Shown here: positions 49,688 to 59,747 of the stretch, in pieces
Position numbering within the stretch: position 1 is the stretch's first letter
Layout: every line of letters starts with the position of its first letter
NCBI GenBank assembly: GCA_965219685.1
Contig: CBDCOH010000002.1
Span: 2,752,001-2,816,000 of the forward strand
Length of the DNA stretch: 64,000 nt
Source: Candidatus Spongiisociaceae bacterium
GTDB taxonomy: Bacteria; Actinomycetota; Acidimicrobiia; Spongiisociales; Spongiisociaceae
Reading direction: 5' to 3'
Position numbers and translations under genes: made by a program
The notes under the pieces: generated by a model
Databases searched by the model: none
What the model was told of the DNA's origin: nothing
Seen by the model: the letters and a program-made list of their open reading frames with translations, nothing else

Positions 49688-51097
49688 ATGACGAGCACGC
49701 CACGAACCCTGTTCCAGAAGGTTTGGGACGCCCATGTTGCCCACGAGGCGCCGGGCGAGCCCTCCCTGCTGTACATCGACCTGCATCTGGTCCACGAGGT
49801 GACCAGCCCCCAGGCATTCGACGGGCTGCGGATGGCCGGGAGGACGGTCAGACGACCGGACCTGACCCTGGCGACCATCGACCACGGGGTCCCTACCGCC
49901 AACCGGAGCCTCGGTATCCGCGATCCGCTCTCGAAGAAACAGATCGATGCGCTCATAGAGAACTGCGAGGAGTACGGGATAACGCTCTACGGCCTGGGCG
50001 ATCCCCGCCAGGGAATCGTCCACATCATCGGCCCCGAGCAGGGCCTCACCCAGCCGGGAATGACGATCGTCTGCGGTGACTCACATACCGCCACCCACGG
50101 CGCCTTCGGTGCTCTGGCTTTCGGGATCGGAACGTCTGAGGTCGAGCACGTGCTGGCCACCCAGACCCTCCCGCAGATCAAGCCGAAGGCGATGGCCGTG
50201 ACGGTGGAGGGGGACCTGCCGAGAGGCGTCACGGCCAAGGACATCATCCTGGCGATCATCGCCCGGATCGGCGTAGCCGGCGGCGTCGGACATGTCATCG
50301 AGTACCGGGGCTCGACCATCCGGTCGCTGTCGATGGCGGGCCGGATGACCATCTGCAACATGTCGATCGAAGGAGGCGCACGCGCCGGGATGGTGGCTCC
50401 CGACGACACGACCTACTCCTACATCGAAGGCCGGCCGTACGCTCCCAAGGATTGGGAGGAGGCCTTGGACCACTGGCGGACCCTCCCGGGCGACCCGGGG
50501 GCGACCTTCGACGCCGAGGTGGAGATCGACGCCGGCTCCCTCGAACCCCACGTCTCGTGGGGGACCAATCCCGCCCAGACAGCGCCGGTGAGCGCCCGTG
50601 TGCCCCACCCCGACGACTACGACGACCCGCTCGACCAGGAAGGATGCCGGCGCGCGCTCGAGTACATGGACCTCAGCGCAGGGATTCCGATCACCGACAT
50701 CCGTCTCGACCGGGTGTTCCTCGGGTCGTGTACAAACGCCCGGATCGAGGACCTCCGGGCCGCGGCGGCCGTTGTGGAGGGCCGCAGGGTGGCCGAGCGG
50801 GTGGAGGCGATGGTGGTGCCGGGATCGGGCCTCGTGAAGCTACAAGCCGAGGAGGAAGGCCTCGACCGCGTTTTCAAGGGAGCCGGTTTCGAATGGCGGG
50901 ACGCCGGCTGCTCCATGTGCCTGGGGATGAACGACGACATCCTTGCGCCCGGCCAGCGGTGCGCGTCGACGTCGAACCGCAACTTCGAGGGGAGGCAGGG
51001 GCGCGGAGGTCGCACCCATCTGGTCAGTCCCGAGATGGCTGCCGCAGCGGCGGTCACCGGCCACTTCGTCGACGTCCGTTCGTGGGACCGCCGATGA
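49688..51097 (+). CDS. leuC: 3-isopropylmalate dehydratase large subunit
   Basis: [56 protein letters not shown]. Confidence 0.97.
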   Translation: MTSTPRTLFQKVWDAHVAHEAPGEPSLLYIDLHLVHEVTSPQAFDGLRMAGRTVRRPDLTLATIDHGVPTANRSLGIRDPLSKKQIDALIENCEEYGITLYGLGDPRQGIVHIIGPEQGLTQPGMTIVCGDSHTATHGAFGALAFGIGTSEVEHVLATQTLPQIKPKAMAVTVEGDLPRGVTAKDIILAIIARIGVAGGVGHVIEYRGSTIRSLSMAGRMTICNMSIEGGARAGMVAPDDTTYSYIEGRPYAPKDWEEALDHWRTLPGDPGATFDAEVEIDAGSLEPHVSWGTNPAQTAPVSARVPHPDDYDDPLDQEGCRRALEYMDLSAGIPITDIRLDRVFLGSCTNARIEDLRAAAAVVEGRRVAERVEAMVVPGSGLVKLQAEEEGLDRVFKGAGFEWRDAGCSMCLGMNDDILAPGQRCASTSNRNFEGRQGRGGRTHLVSPEMAAAAAVTGHFVDVRSWDRR

Positions 51098-51699
51098 AGC
51101 CGGTCAGCACCATCAGCGGGTCCATGGCGCCCCTTCCTCGCAGCAACGTCGACACGGACCAGATCATGCCGAAGCAGTTCCTCAAGCGGGTCGAGCGCAG
51201 CGGCTACGGGCAGTTCCTCTTCTACGACTGGGCCAGGACTGCCGGCGGTGACCTCGACCCTGACTTCGTCCTCAACCGGCCCGGGCACCGCGACGCGAAG
51301 GTGCTGGTGAGCGGGCCCAACTTCGGTTCCGGGTCATCGCGCGAGCACGCTCCCTGGGGCATCCAGGACTGGGGTTTCGAAGCGGTGATAGCACCATCGT
51401 TCGCCGACATCTTCTACAACAACTGCACCAAGATCGGCCTACTCCCCGTCAGGCTCCCCGAGCGCGATGTGAACGAGTTGATAGCGCTCGCCACCACCGA
51501 CCCGGCGGCGGTGGTGACCGTCGACCTCGCCGCGCAGACCGTCGAGACCGGGGAGCTCCGCTCGAGTTTCGAGATCGACCCCTTCACGAAGAACCGCCTG
51601 CTCGAGGGCTTGGACGACATCGGCCTGACGCTCCGGAACACCGGCGCGATAGAGTCCTTCGAGGCCCTCCGTCCTGCTCGCCTCCCGAGTCTCAGCTGA
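51094..51699 (+). CDS. leuD: 3-isopropylmalate dehydratase small subunit
   Basis: [41 protein letters not shown]. Confidence 0.96.
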   Translation: MKPVSTISGSMAPLPRSNVDTDQIMPKQFLKRVERSGYGQFLFYDWARTAGGDLDPDFVLNRPGHRDAKVLVSGPNFGSGSSREHAPWGIQDWGFEAVIAPSFADIFYNNCTKIGLLPVRLPERDVNELIALATTDPAAVVTVDLAAQTVETGELRSSFEIDPFTKNRLLEGLDDIGLTLRNTGAIESFEALRPARLPSLS

Positions 51700-51705
51700 G
51701 TCGGC

Positions 51706-52608
51706 ATGGACCTGCTGGCGGTCATCTCCTACCCACCCATACCGATCTTCGACGTCGGCCCGCTTCGCCTGTCGCTGCACGGGGTCTTCGCAGGGGTCGG
51801 GTTCATGACCGGCGCCTACTACGGCCTCAAGATGTTCCACGCCCGCGGGTTCGACGCCGCGCGCTTCCAGTCCGCTCTCACTTGGGCTCTCGTCGGAGCG
51901 CTCCTCGGTGCTCGCTGGTTGACGCTCCCCGCGTACTGGGTGGAGAACGGATTCGACCTGAGCGAGATGATCAACATCGGGGGCAACTACTCCATCATGG
52001 GGGGTTTCGCGGGCGGCATCGGCCTTGGAGTGTTCCGAGCCTACCGACTGGGCCTCAGGATCTGGCCCACCCTCGACGTGACCGCCTTCGGCCTAGCGAT
52101 CGGCACGATCGTCGGGCGGATCGGCGATCTGGCCATAGTCGAGCATCTGGGCGGGCCCACCGACTTCTTCCTAGGCTACGGGATCCGGCCGGGATACGAC
52201 GTGGCGCCACAGCACAACCGCCTGGAATGCACGGTGGCGGAGGTGGGCGAGTATTGCGGCATCTACCACCATGCAGCCTTCTACGACATGTTGGGCGCCA
52301 TCGTGCTCTTCGGGGTGGTGTACTGGCTCTACGAGCGCTCCCGGCTGACACTTCGCTACGGGCAGCTTTTCGCCGTCTGGGTGGCCTGGTACGGCTTCCA
52401 GCGCCTGTTCATAGACTTCACCCGCCTCGCGCTAGATGTCGACGGTGACAGGACCCTCGGCGCGCTCACGTGGAGCCAGTGGAGCGGCCTGGCTGCGGGG
52501 ATCGCGGGCGTCGCCGGACTCCTGTGGCTGGGAAGGCGGAACCGCGCGGTCAGCCCGGAGAACGACCGGCTCTACGGCGCCGTCGCGACCGCGCCTGAGC
52601 CGGATTGA
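51706..52608 (+). CDS. lgt: Prolipoprotein diacylglyceryl transferase
   Basis: GALLGAR, GGFAGG, GRIGDL..EHLG, multi-TM. Confidence 0.8.
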   Translation: MDLLAVISYPPIPIFDVGPLRLSLHGVFAGVGFMTGAYYGLKMFHARGFDAARFQSALTWALVGALLGARWLTLPAYWVENGFDLSEMINIGGNYSIMGGFAGGIGLGVFRAYRLGLRIWPTLDVTAFGLAIGTIVGRIGDLAIVEHLGGPTDFFLGYGIRPGYDVAPQHNRLECTVAEVGEYCGIYHHAAFYDMLGAIVLFGVVYWLYERSRLTLRYGQLFAVWVAWYGFQRLFIDFTRLALDVDGDRTLGALTWSQWSGLAAGIAGVAGLLWLGRRNRAVSPENDRLYGAVATAPEPD

Positions 52609-52610
52609 CG

Positions 52611-52645
52611 ATTAGTTCCTAGTCGGTAGTCTATAGTCTCTAGTT
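52611..52645. repeat. Degenerate (NNTAGTY)5 heptamer run after the lgt stop
   Basis: attagtt cctagtc ggtagtc tatagtc tctagtt. Confidence 0.55.
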
Positions 52646-52875
52646 GGTCATCGCTCGTTAACGTTAAATTGAATCCAGTTACCATTGTCATAGCACTGTT
52701 TGGGTCTCGCGTTGCACCGCGGGTGGCTCTTCACGAGATGGCAGACCCAGTCCCGAGTCCAGGAACAGGGACACACTAGTTTACAGATGTGTTGTACAGC
52801 GTTGTGTAGCGGTCGTAGTGTACGGTCTCTTCTGGTCAGATCCCTTGGAACTAGGGGAGTGGTCGGCCGGCGGGG

Positions 52876-52904
52876 TTGTCCGTCTCGCTCGCGCCGGTTA
52901 GCCT
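52876..52904 (+). promoter_or_regulatory. Sigma-A-type promoter for a leaderless leader peptide
   Basis: TTGTCC-17 bp-TAGCCT, with GTG 7 nt downstream. Confidence 0.6.
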
Positions 52905-52911
52905 TGCCGGC

Positions 52912-52983
52912 GTGAGACCGACGTCTGTGTATACGTATTTCGCCTTTACCGGGCCCGGCGCCCGGGCCCGGCACTGCACGTAG
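52912..52983 (+). CDS. Tyr/Phe-rich attenuator leader peptide (MRPTSVYTYFAFTGPGARARHCT)
   Basis: YTYFAF codon cluster immediately before overlapping hairpins. Confidence 0.7.
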   Translation: MRPTSVYTYFAFTGPGARARHCT

Positions 52984-53009
52984 CACCCACACAACGTCGC
53001 AAGCAAAAG

Positions 53010-53037
53010 GCCCGGAGCAGCCGCTCCGGGCGTTTTT
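53010..53037 (+). terminator. Attenuator intrinsic terminator
   Basis: GCCCGGAGC-AGCC-GCTCCGGGC followed by GTTTTT, 30 nt upstream of the ATG at 53068. Confidence 0.8.
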
Positions 53038-53067
53038 CGTTCACGGGGCGGCCCCACCAGAGGAGCG

Positions 53068-54123
53068 ATGATGGAACGGAGAGCAGTACGCAACGGATCA
53101 GAAACCGACACCGTCGTCAACGTCGGACTGACGAGGTTCGGTCACGATCCCTTCCCTGTCATCGCCGGCCCCCGAGCGGTGGAGTCGGAGTCACAGATAA
53201 TGCAGGTGGCCACTGCCGTGGCCGAGGCGGGCGCGTCCTTGCTCCGCGGAGGCGTGTTCGAGTCGAGCCCGTCCCCGTACGCCTTTCCCGGTCTGGGAGA
53301 ACCAGGCTTGAAGCTGCTCAAGAAGGCCGGGGAGGAGGTCGGCCTACCCACCGTCACCAAGGCGCTCGAACCCAAGGACGTCAGCATGGTCGCCGCCCAC
53401 GTCGACATGATCTACGTGGATCCCGGATCGATGCAGAACTTCGAACTCCTGCGCGTCATCGGCCGGTCCGGCAAACCGGTCCTCCTCGAACGGGGCGGTT
53501 CCGCCACGGTCGACGAATGGCTGTGGGCTGCGGAGTACGTGCTCGCCGAGGGCAACAACCAGGTGGTCCTCTGCGAAGCCGGAATCCGGACCTTCGAGAA
53601 ATCCACGAGAGCGACGCTCGACCTGAGTGCCATTCCCGTTCTCAAGGAGAAGAGTCATCTCCCGGTGATCGTGGCCCCGTCCGCCGCGGTCGGGTCACCG
53701 GGGCGGATCCAACCGCTCGCACTGGCCGCCCAGGGCGTGGGGGCCGACGGGATCATGATCGAGGTACATCCGGATCCGAGCACATCCCGGACCTTTGTCT
53801 CGCATCACATCACGATCGAGGCGTTCAGCAGGCTGATGGACGCGCTCGGCGTCAACCGGATCCGCATGAACATAGACATGATCGACCGCGATCTGGTACG
53901 CCTGCTTGCCAGGCGGCACCACCTGGCCATGGAAGTCGGGCGGATCAAAGCGGAGCGGGGAATGCCCGTCCAGATTCCCGAACGCGAGGAGGAGCTCCTG
54001 GGGATCATCCGCGAGGAGGCGGAAGTGGTGGGGTTGGACCCCGACCAGGTCGAGAGGATCTTCATCCTGATACTCGAGCAGTCCCGCAACGCGCAGCACC
54101 GGAAGCGAGCCGGGAGTTGGTAG
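53068..54123 (+). CDS. Degenerate type I-beta DAHP synthase domain fused to C-terminal AroQ chorismate mutase
   Basis: IAGP..RGG..SPY..MQNF..GIRTFE..TLDLSA..IEVH scaffold; CM motifs IRMNIDMID, LARR, GRIK, PERE, SRNAQ. Confidence 0.85.
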   Translation: MMERRAVRNGSETDTVVNVGLTRFGHDPFPVIAGPRAVESESQIMQVATAVAEAGASLLRGGVFESSPSPYAFPGLGEPGLKLLKKAGEEVGLPTVTKALEPKDVSMVAAHVDMIYVDPGSMQNFELLRVIGRSGKPVLLERGGSATVDEWLWAAEYVLAEGNNQVVLCEAGIRTFEKSTRATLDLSAIPVLKEKSHLPVIVAPSAAVGSPGRIQPLALAAQGVGADGIMIEVHPDPSTSRTFVSHHITIEAFSRLMDALGVNRIRMNIDMIDRDLVRLLARRHHLAMEVGRIKAERGMPVQIPEREEELLGIIREEAEVVGLDPDQVERIFILILEQSRNAQHRKRAGSW

Positions 54124-54285
54124 CACAGTTGAGCTAAACCGACCGGTTTTCTACGTAGAGCAGGGGAAATAGCGTATCAATTTGCCGGTTTCGGCCCGCG
54201 TACGGTCCGGCCGTTGGATATTCTTCCTCTCCCCGGCCGACTGGCCGAGGAGCAATACTCGGGACCGCCAAGGAGAGGAGGAGGC

Positions 54286-55518
54286 GTGGCACGGGACAAA
54301 TCGGGACCTTCGCTGGAGGAGACTCTGGAGACGAAGGTAGACCGCAGGGACTTCCTCAAGAAAGCAGGAATGACAGTTGCAGCCGGCGGGTTGCTCGCCG
54401 CCGTAGCAGCATGTGGCGACGACGAGCCTGCGCCTGAGACAACCGCGGCACCCGCCGCCGACGACACCACTACCACCGCCGCCGAAGCGGTCGAAGTGGT
54501 GATGAGCGAGGGTGGGCCGGAGATCGAATGGGAGATGGGCACGAGCTGGCCGCTCTCCCTGGACACGATCTACGGAGGCGCCGCGGACTTCGCCGAGCGC
54601 GTCTCGGCGATGACCGGCGGCCGGTTCAACATCACGCCCCGAGCGGCGGGCGAGCTCGTACCGGGACTTGAGGTTCTGCAGAACGTCCAGCAGAACGCCA
54701 TCCCGGCCGGCCATACCGCGTCGTACTACTACGTGGGCCTGAGCCCCGCCACGGCGTTCAACACCGCTCTGCCCTTCGGGTTCACCTACCGGCAGCAGAA
54801 CGCGTGGATGTACGAGGGCGGCGGCCTGCAACTGATGCAGGACTTCTACGCGGACCGCTTCGGCGTGATCAACTTCCCGGCCGGCAATACCGGAGTCCAG
54901 ATGGGCGGTTGGTTCAACAAGGAGATCAACTCCAAGGCGGACTTGGAGGGACTACGCATGCGGATCCCCGGCCTGGGAGGCAAGGTTATGGAGAAGCTCG
55001 GCGTCACCGTCCAGGTGCTACCAGGCGGTGAGATCTTCCAGGCGCTCCAGACCGGCGCCATCGACGCCACCGAGTGGGTCGGCCCGTACGACGACACGAC
55101 CATGGGGTTCCACGACGTGTCCACCTATTACTACTACCCCGGGTGGTGGGAGCCGGGCCCCGAGCTCGACGTGTTCATCCCGCTGGCGGAGTGGAACGAG
55201 CTGCCCGAGGAGTACCGGGTGATTGTCGAAGCCGCGGCCTACGGCGCCAACGCCACCATGATGGCGCGCTACGACGCCAAGAACCCGGCCGCTCTGCAGA
55301 CGATCCTCGAGTCGGACATCGAACTCCGGCCGTTCCCGGATGACGTGATGCAGGCTTCTCAGGATGCCGCATTCGAACTCTTCGACGAGACAGCCGCGGA
55401 TGACAGTGACTTCGCGTCGATCTTCGCCGAGTGGAAGAGCTTCCGCGACGGGATCACGCGATGGCATGGCCTTGCGGAGACAGCCATGGTCAGTTGGACG
55501 GGTCGCCACACGGCCTGA
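54286..55518 (+). CDS. dctP: TRAP substrate-binding protein (TakP-like), Tat lipoprotein
   Basis: RRDFLKK Tat motif, VAAC lipobox, [36 protein letters not shown]. Confidence 0.9.
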   Translation: MARDKSGPSLEETLETKVDRRDFLKKAGMTVAAGGLLAAVAACGDDEPAPETTAAPAADDTTTTAAEAVEVVMSEGGPEIEWEMGTSWPLSLDTIYGGAADFAERVSAMTGGRFNITPRAAGELVPGLEVLQNVQQNAIPAGHTASYYYVGLSPATAFNTALPFGFTYRQQNAWMYEGGGLQLMQDFYADRFGVINFPAGNTGVQMGGWFNKEINSKADLEGLRMRIPGLGGKVMEKLGVTVQVLPGGEIFQALQTGAIDATEWVGPYDDTTMGFHDVSTYYYYPGWWEPGPELDVFIPLAEWNELPEEYRVIVEAAAYGANATMMARYDAKNPAALQTILESDIELRPFPDDVMQASQDAAFELFDETAADDSDFASIFAEWKSFRDGITRWHGLAETAMVSWTGRHTA

Positions 55519-55535
55519 ATCCACAAGAACCAAGC

Positions 55536-55561
55536 GAGGGGCGGGCCCAGGCCCGCCCCTC
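55536..55561. terminator. Hairpin between convergent dctP and dctM
   Basis: GAGGGGCGGGCC-CA-GGCCCGCCCCTC followed by TGGTGAA units. Confidence 0.65.
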
Positions 55562-55664
55562 TCTGGTGAATGGTGAATGGTGGTGCGGCTACCACGCACC
55601 GCTCATGGTCACATGGATCTATCTCGGTAATCGAATACCGTTGAGAATTCTACTGGCTACCGGC

Positions 55665-57029
55665 CTAGCCCACGACGCTCGGTAACCAGGTGACCGTGGC
55701 CGGGAAGATCATCACCAGGACCAACGCCACACCCTGAAGGGCCATGAACGGCAGGGCGCCCCGGTGGATGTCAATCGTCTTTACCTCCGGCGGTTTCACG
55801 CTCTGGAGGTAGAAGAGCGAGAAGCCCACCGGCGGCGAGATGAAGGCCATGTTCAGGTTGATCGCGATCATGACCGTGAACCAGATCATCAGAGCCGGGA
55901 GAGTGTCGAACGGGGTAACCCCCGTCTCGAACAGCACGCGAACCGCCGGAACGAAGATGGGCATGGCGATGAACGTAATCTCGATGAACTCCAGGTTGAT
56001 GCCCAGCAGGAACACCGCGATGTTGGCGATGATCACGAAACCCCAGAACCCGCCGGGAAGGCCCGTGAGGATCTCCTGGGCGAAGCGTTGCCCGCCCAAT
56101 TGGTCGAAGATCAACTGGAAGAACGTGGAGCAGAACAGGATCATCAGGACCAGACCGGTTATGTTCGCTGCGGACCGGCTGGCTCCGGCGATGACCCGCC
56201 ACCTCAAATTCCGGTTGGCTGCTGCCAGCGCCATGGCGGCAACCGCGCCGACGGCACCCGCTTCGGTGGGAGTGGCTATCCCTCTGAAGATCGTGCCGAG
56301 CACGGCCAGGATCAGCAGGATGATCGGAACCACCGCGATCAGGAGTTCCTTGATGAGATCCACTCCGCGGATGGTGCGAGCCTCGTCGGGGAGAGCGGGA
56401 GCCACTCCTTCTTTGGTGTAAGCCCGGTACAGGCAGTAGACACCGTAGATTCCGGCCAGCATGGTTCCGGGGACCATGGCTCCCAGGAACAGGTCGCCAA
56501 CCGAGACGCCCACCACCTGCGCTAGGAGGATCAGCACCAGGGAGGGCGGGAGAAGCTGGGCCAGGGTGCCCGACGCCGTGATCAGCCCGGTGGCGAGCCG
56601 GTGGTCGTACCCGTAGCGGACCATGGTCGGCAGGGAGAGCAGGCCCATCACGATCACTGTGGCTGCGACGACGCCGGTTGCCGCCGCCAGCATGGCGCCC
56701 ACGACCACGACGGTGAGGCCGAGCCCGCCCTTCAGGCGGCCGAGAGCCATCCCGATGGTCGTCAACATACGCTCCGCGAGCCCGGACTTCTCGAGGATCG
56801 CCCCCATGAACACGAAGAACGGAACGGCCAGCAAAGTGAAGTTGTCAACCGCCTTGAACCAGCGGCTGAAGAGGATGATCAGGCGGTTGAAGTCGAACTC
56901 CCCGAGCAGGATCCCGACGGCGCCGAACACTATGGCGGTACCGGCGAACGAGAAGGCCACGGGATACCCGACGAGCAGCAGCACCAGGAAGATGGCGAAC
57001 ATGATGATGGCTAGCCACTCGACACCCAT
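55665..57029 (-). CDS. dctM: TRAP large permease
   Basis: [46 protein letters not shown]. Confidence 0.92.
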   Translation of the reverse strand: MGVEWLAIIMFAIFLVLLLVGYPVAFSFAGTAIVFGAVGILLGEFDFNRLIILFSRWFKAVDNFTLLAVPFFVFMGAILEKSGLAERMLTTIGMALGRLKGGLGLTVVVVGAMLAAATGVVAATVIVMGLLSLPTMVRYGYDHRLATGLITASGTLAQLLPPSLVLILLAQVVGVSVGDLFLGAMVPGTMLAGIYGVYCLYRAYTKEGVAPALPDEARTIRGVDLIKELLIAVVPIILLILAVLGTIFRGIATPTEAGAVGAVAAMALAAANRNLRWRVIAGASRSAANITGLVLMILFCSTFFQLIFDQLGGQRFAQEILTGLPGGFWGFVIIANIAVFLLGINLEFIEITFIAMPIFVPAVRVLFETGVTPFDTLPALMIWFTVMIAINLNMAFISPPVGFSLFYLQSVKPPEVKTIDIHRGALPFMALQGVALVLVMIFPATVTWLPSVVG

Positions 57030-57643
57030 TATTCGATCCTCATCGGAGCCTCGCGTTCGCCCAAGGAGAGCCTGGCTTCACGGCCGGTCAGGAAAGCAAC
57101 CAGGCGGATCAATGTGGCGAGGGCCTGAATCCCGAGCAGGATGAAGGCCACCAGGATCAACGCTTTCAACGGCGCTCGGGGGAGACCACCGGGATCGGGC
57201 GACTGCTCCCAGATACTCCACGAGTCACGGACGGGCCTCCACGAAACCCAGATGGCGAGAGCGGTGAAGGGAACCAGGCCGACCATGTGACCGATCAGGT
57301 CGATTACGGCCTTCACCCGGTCCGAACGCTCCGCGTACCAAAAGTCCACCCGTACGTTCCCGTCGTGCCTGAGCAGGTAAGGGAACATCAGCAGGAATAT
57401 CACCCCGTAGAGGTACCACTGCGCCTCGATCCAGGTGTTGTTGACGAGTTGGGTCTCGACGTATTGCCCCACGTACCGCAGGGCGACGTTGAGGAAGCCG
57501 ACGGGGATGAGTATGTAGACGAGAAGCCGGGCCACCCACCCGCTTGCCTCGGTGACGGCATCCGCCGCGGCCACGACCAACTCCGCGACCCGGTCCGTAA
57601 TTCTCGATACGGCCTGTCCGGCGTGCGCAAGGCCTTCGCTCAA
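57029..57643 (-). CDS. dctQ: TRAP small permease
   Basis: [24 protein letters not shown]. Confidence 0.88.
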   Translation of the reverse strand: MSEGLAHAGQAVSRITDRVAELVVAAADAVTEASGWVARLLVYILIPVGFLNVALRYVGQYVETQLVNNTWIEAQWYLYGVIFLLMFPYLLRHDGNVRVDFWYAERSDRVKAVIDLIGHMVGLVPFTALAIWVSWRPVRDSWSIWEQSPDPGGLPRAPLKALILVAFILLGIQALATLIRLVAFLTGREARLSLGEREAPMRIE

Positions 57644-57854
57644 CCCGGGCCCCTCCTTCTACCCGCCAAGCGGAACCTTACATGACCGAGTAGGGCCTCG
57701 CCGACTATTCGGGAGCTTGCTGTCCGTGATGCCACGTCCGAATCTCCCGACGAGATCCGACCCCTGAGCAGGACCTTCGGAAGCTGTCGCCTTGACCTGA
57801 CTCAGTCGTGCTACGGGACCGCGGAGTGTCCGGGACGGCCGGTTGCTCGCCTCC

Positions 57855-58823
57855 CTACACAGTGGCGTTCTGAGCGACGACGGCAATGAAAACGACGAAC
57901 GACACCAGAAGCACCGCTCCCTGCGTGATGCCCAGACGACGACGAGTGATGGCCATGACCCCCACCAGCACTCCGATGAGGAGCATCATCACGTGCTCCC
58001 TCACACGCCTCTCCCCTATGGCCCCGGCGCCGACGACGCCGGCGATCCCCACCACGAGAAGCGAATTGAACAGATTCGATCCCAGGAGGTTGCCGATCAC
58101 CAACTCGTTCGCCCTGCGCCGCGCAGCTGCGCCAGCCGTCACCAACTCGGGGAGACTGGTCCCCAAGGCGAAGATCGTGGCTCCCACGAACCCTCCGGCC
58201 AGGCCGTAATGATCGGCGACGGCGCCGCCTCCCTCCACGAGCAGCGCCGCGCCGCCCACTATTCCCACCAGCGAGGCAAAGGCCTTGGCCAACTCTCGGG
58301 ACGGCCGGTGGTCACCCGAGGCACCGCCATCATCCCCGTCCAGGGTGGCGCCCGCCCGCCCGTCGCGGACATCGCGCTTGGACCACCTGACCAGGAAGAC
58401 GGAGGCGACCGCCATCCCCGCCACCAGGATGATCCCCTCGGCCCGGTGAAGGTAGTCGTCCCATGCGGCCAGGACGACCGCGACCATGGCGAGGATGGTG
58501 ATGACCCCCTCCCGGCGGATGATCCGGAGTTGGCCCACCACCGGACAGATCACGGCGCTGGCACCCAGAACCAGAGAAAGGTTGGCTGCATTGGAGCCGA
58601 CCACGTTGCCGACCGAGGATGCCAACTCGCCCCTCGCCGCAGCCAGGCCGCTGACCACCAACTCGGGCGCCGACGTTCCGAAGCCGATGACCAGCGCCCC
58701 CACCAGGACGGGGGAGACGCCCCAGATGTGGGCCAGACGGGCCGCCGCATCCACGAAAGGGTCTGCCGCCACCCAGAGCAAGGCTATCCCGGCAATGATC
58801 AGTATCAGTCCGAGCCAGAGCAT
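57855..58823 (-). CDS. Calcium/sodium antiporter (YrbG/CaCA)
   Basis: GFGTSAPE..GNVVGSN and LGTSLPE..GNLLGSN alpha repeats. Confidence 0.9.
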   Translation of the reverse strand: MLWLGLILIIAGIALLWVAADPFVDAAARLAHIWGVSPVLVGALVIGFGTSAPELVVSGLAAARGELASSVGNVVGSNAANLSLVLGASAVICPVVGQLRIIRREGVITILAMVAVVLAAWDDYLHRAEGIILVAGMAVASVFLVRWSKRDVRDGRAGATLDGDDGGASGDHRPSRELAKAFASLVGIVGGAALLVEGGGAVADHYGLAGGFVGATIFALGTSLPELVTAGAAARRRANELVIGNLLGSNLFNSLLVVGIAGVVGAGAIGERRVREHVMMLLIGVLVGVMAITRRRLGITQGAVLLVSFVVFIAVVAQNATV

Positions 58824-58912
58824 CCGGGAAGCCTAACCAAAGACTCGGAACCGAGACCGCGCCATGACTCCAAAGGACCTCTCGATCCCGTCACCGGTTC
58901 AGGAAGGGCTCC

Positions 58913-59704
58913 TCATCCGGCGAGCCGATCGGCGTTCCTCTCGTCGCGCCATGCCAGCCATTCGCCGAGTCCGCCCAGGTCGTAGGCCGGCCCGTTCACC
59001 GCCAGCGCGATCTGGGTGACGCCGGCTGACAGCAGATCGTCGGCATGGTCGATCTCGTCGAGTTCGGCCCCTCCCGCCCGTTCGACCTCGGACGGATCCC
59101 GACCTGCCGCCACGCACCACTCGTCGAGGATGCGGCTCTTGCGGCGCATGAGGTCTCCGTCGCCGAAGCCGTGCCAGACGTCCGCGTAGCGGCCCGCCAA
59201 CCGGAGGGTGTGCTTCTCTCCCAGCCCACCTATGAGAATGGGGATCCGCCGGATCGGCGGAGGATTGAGCCGGCCCAGCCTGCGCTTGATCCTGTACAGG
59301 CCCGCTTCGAAGTCGCGCAGGCGGCCGCCGAAGGTTCCGAACGGGTACTCGTACTCGGTGTAGTCCCGCTCGGTCCAACCCGCCCCCAGACCGAGGATCA
59401 ACCTGCCTTCGCTTATGTGGTCCACGGTTCGAGCCATGTCGGCCAGCAGATGGGCGTTGCGGTAGGAGTAGCAGGTGACCAGAGCGCCTATCTCCACCCG
59501 CTCGGTCACCTCCGCCCACGAGGCCAGCATCGTCCAGCACTCGAAGTGCTTCCCGTCGGCAGGGCCGGAGAGGGGGAAGAAATGATCCCAGTTGTAGATG
59601 ACGTCGGCGCCCATCTCCTCGGCGCGTACGGCCGCCGACCGCAGGTCACGGTAGTCACCGTGCTGGGGATAGATGTGCACCGCGATCCGGACCGGGCGGG
59701 TCAT
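58913..59704 (-). CDS. LLM-class F420-dependent oxidoreductase (MSMEG_2906-like)
   Basis: NWDHFFPL, HFECWTML, YRNAHLLADMARTVDHIS, GRLNPPP. Confidence 0.85.
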   Translation of the reverse strand: MTRPVRIAVHIYPQHGDYRDLRSAAVRAEEMGADVIYNWDHFFPLSGPADGKHFECWTMLASWAEVTERVEIGALVTCYSYRNAHLLADMARTVDHISEGRLILGLGAGWTERDYTEYEYPFGTFGGRLRDFEAGLYRIKRRLGRLNPPPIRRIPILIGGLGEKHTLRLAGRYADVWHGFGDGDLMRRKSRILDEWCVAAGRDPSEVERAGGAELDEIDHADDLLSAGVTQIALAVNGPAYDLGGLGEWLAWRDERNADRLAG

Positions 59705-59747
59705 AAGCACACCCCCCGCCCTAACGGTGCCGGGCTGGCCGGTCCCA

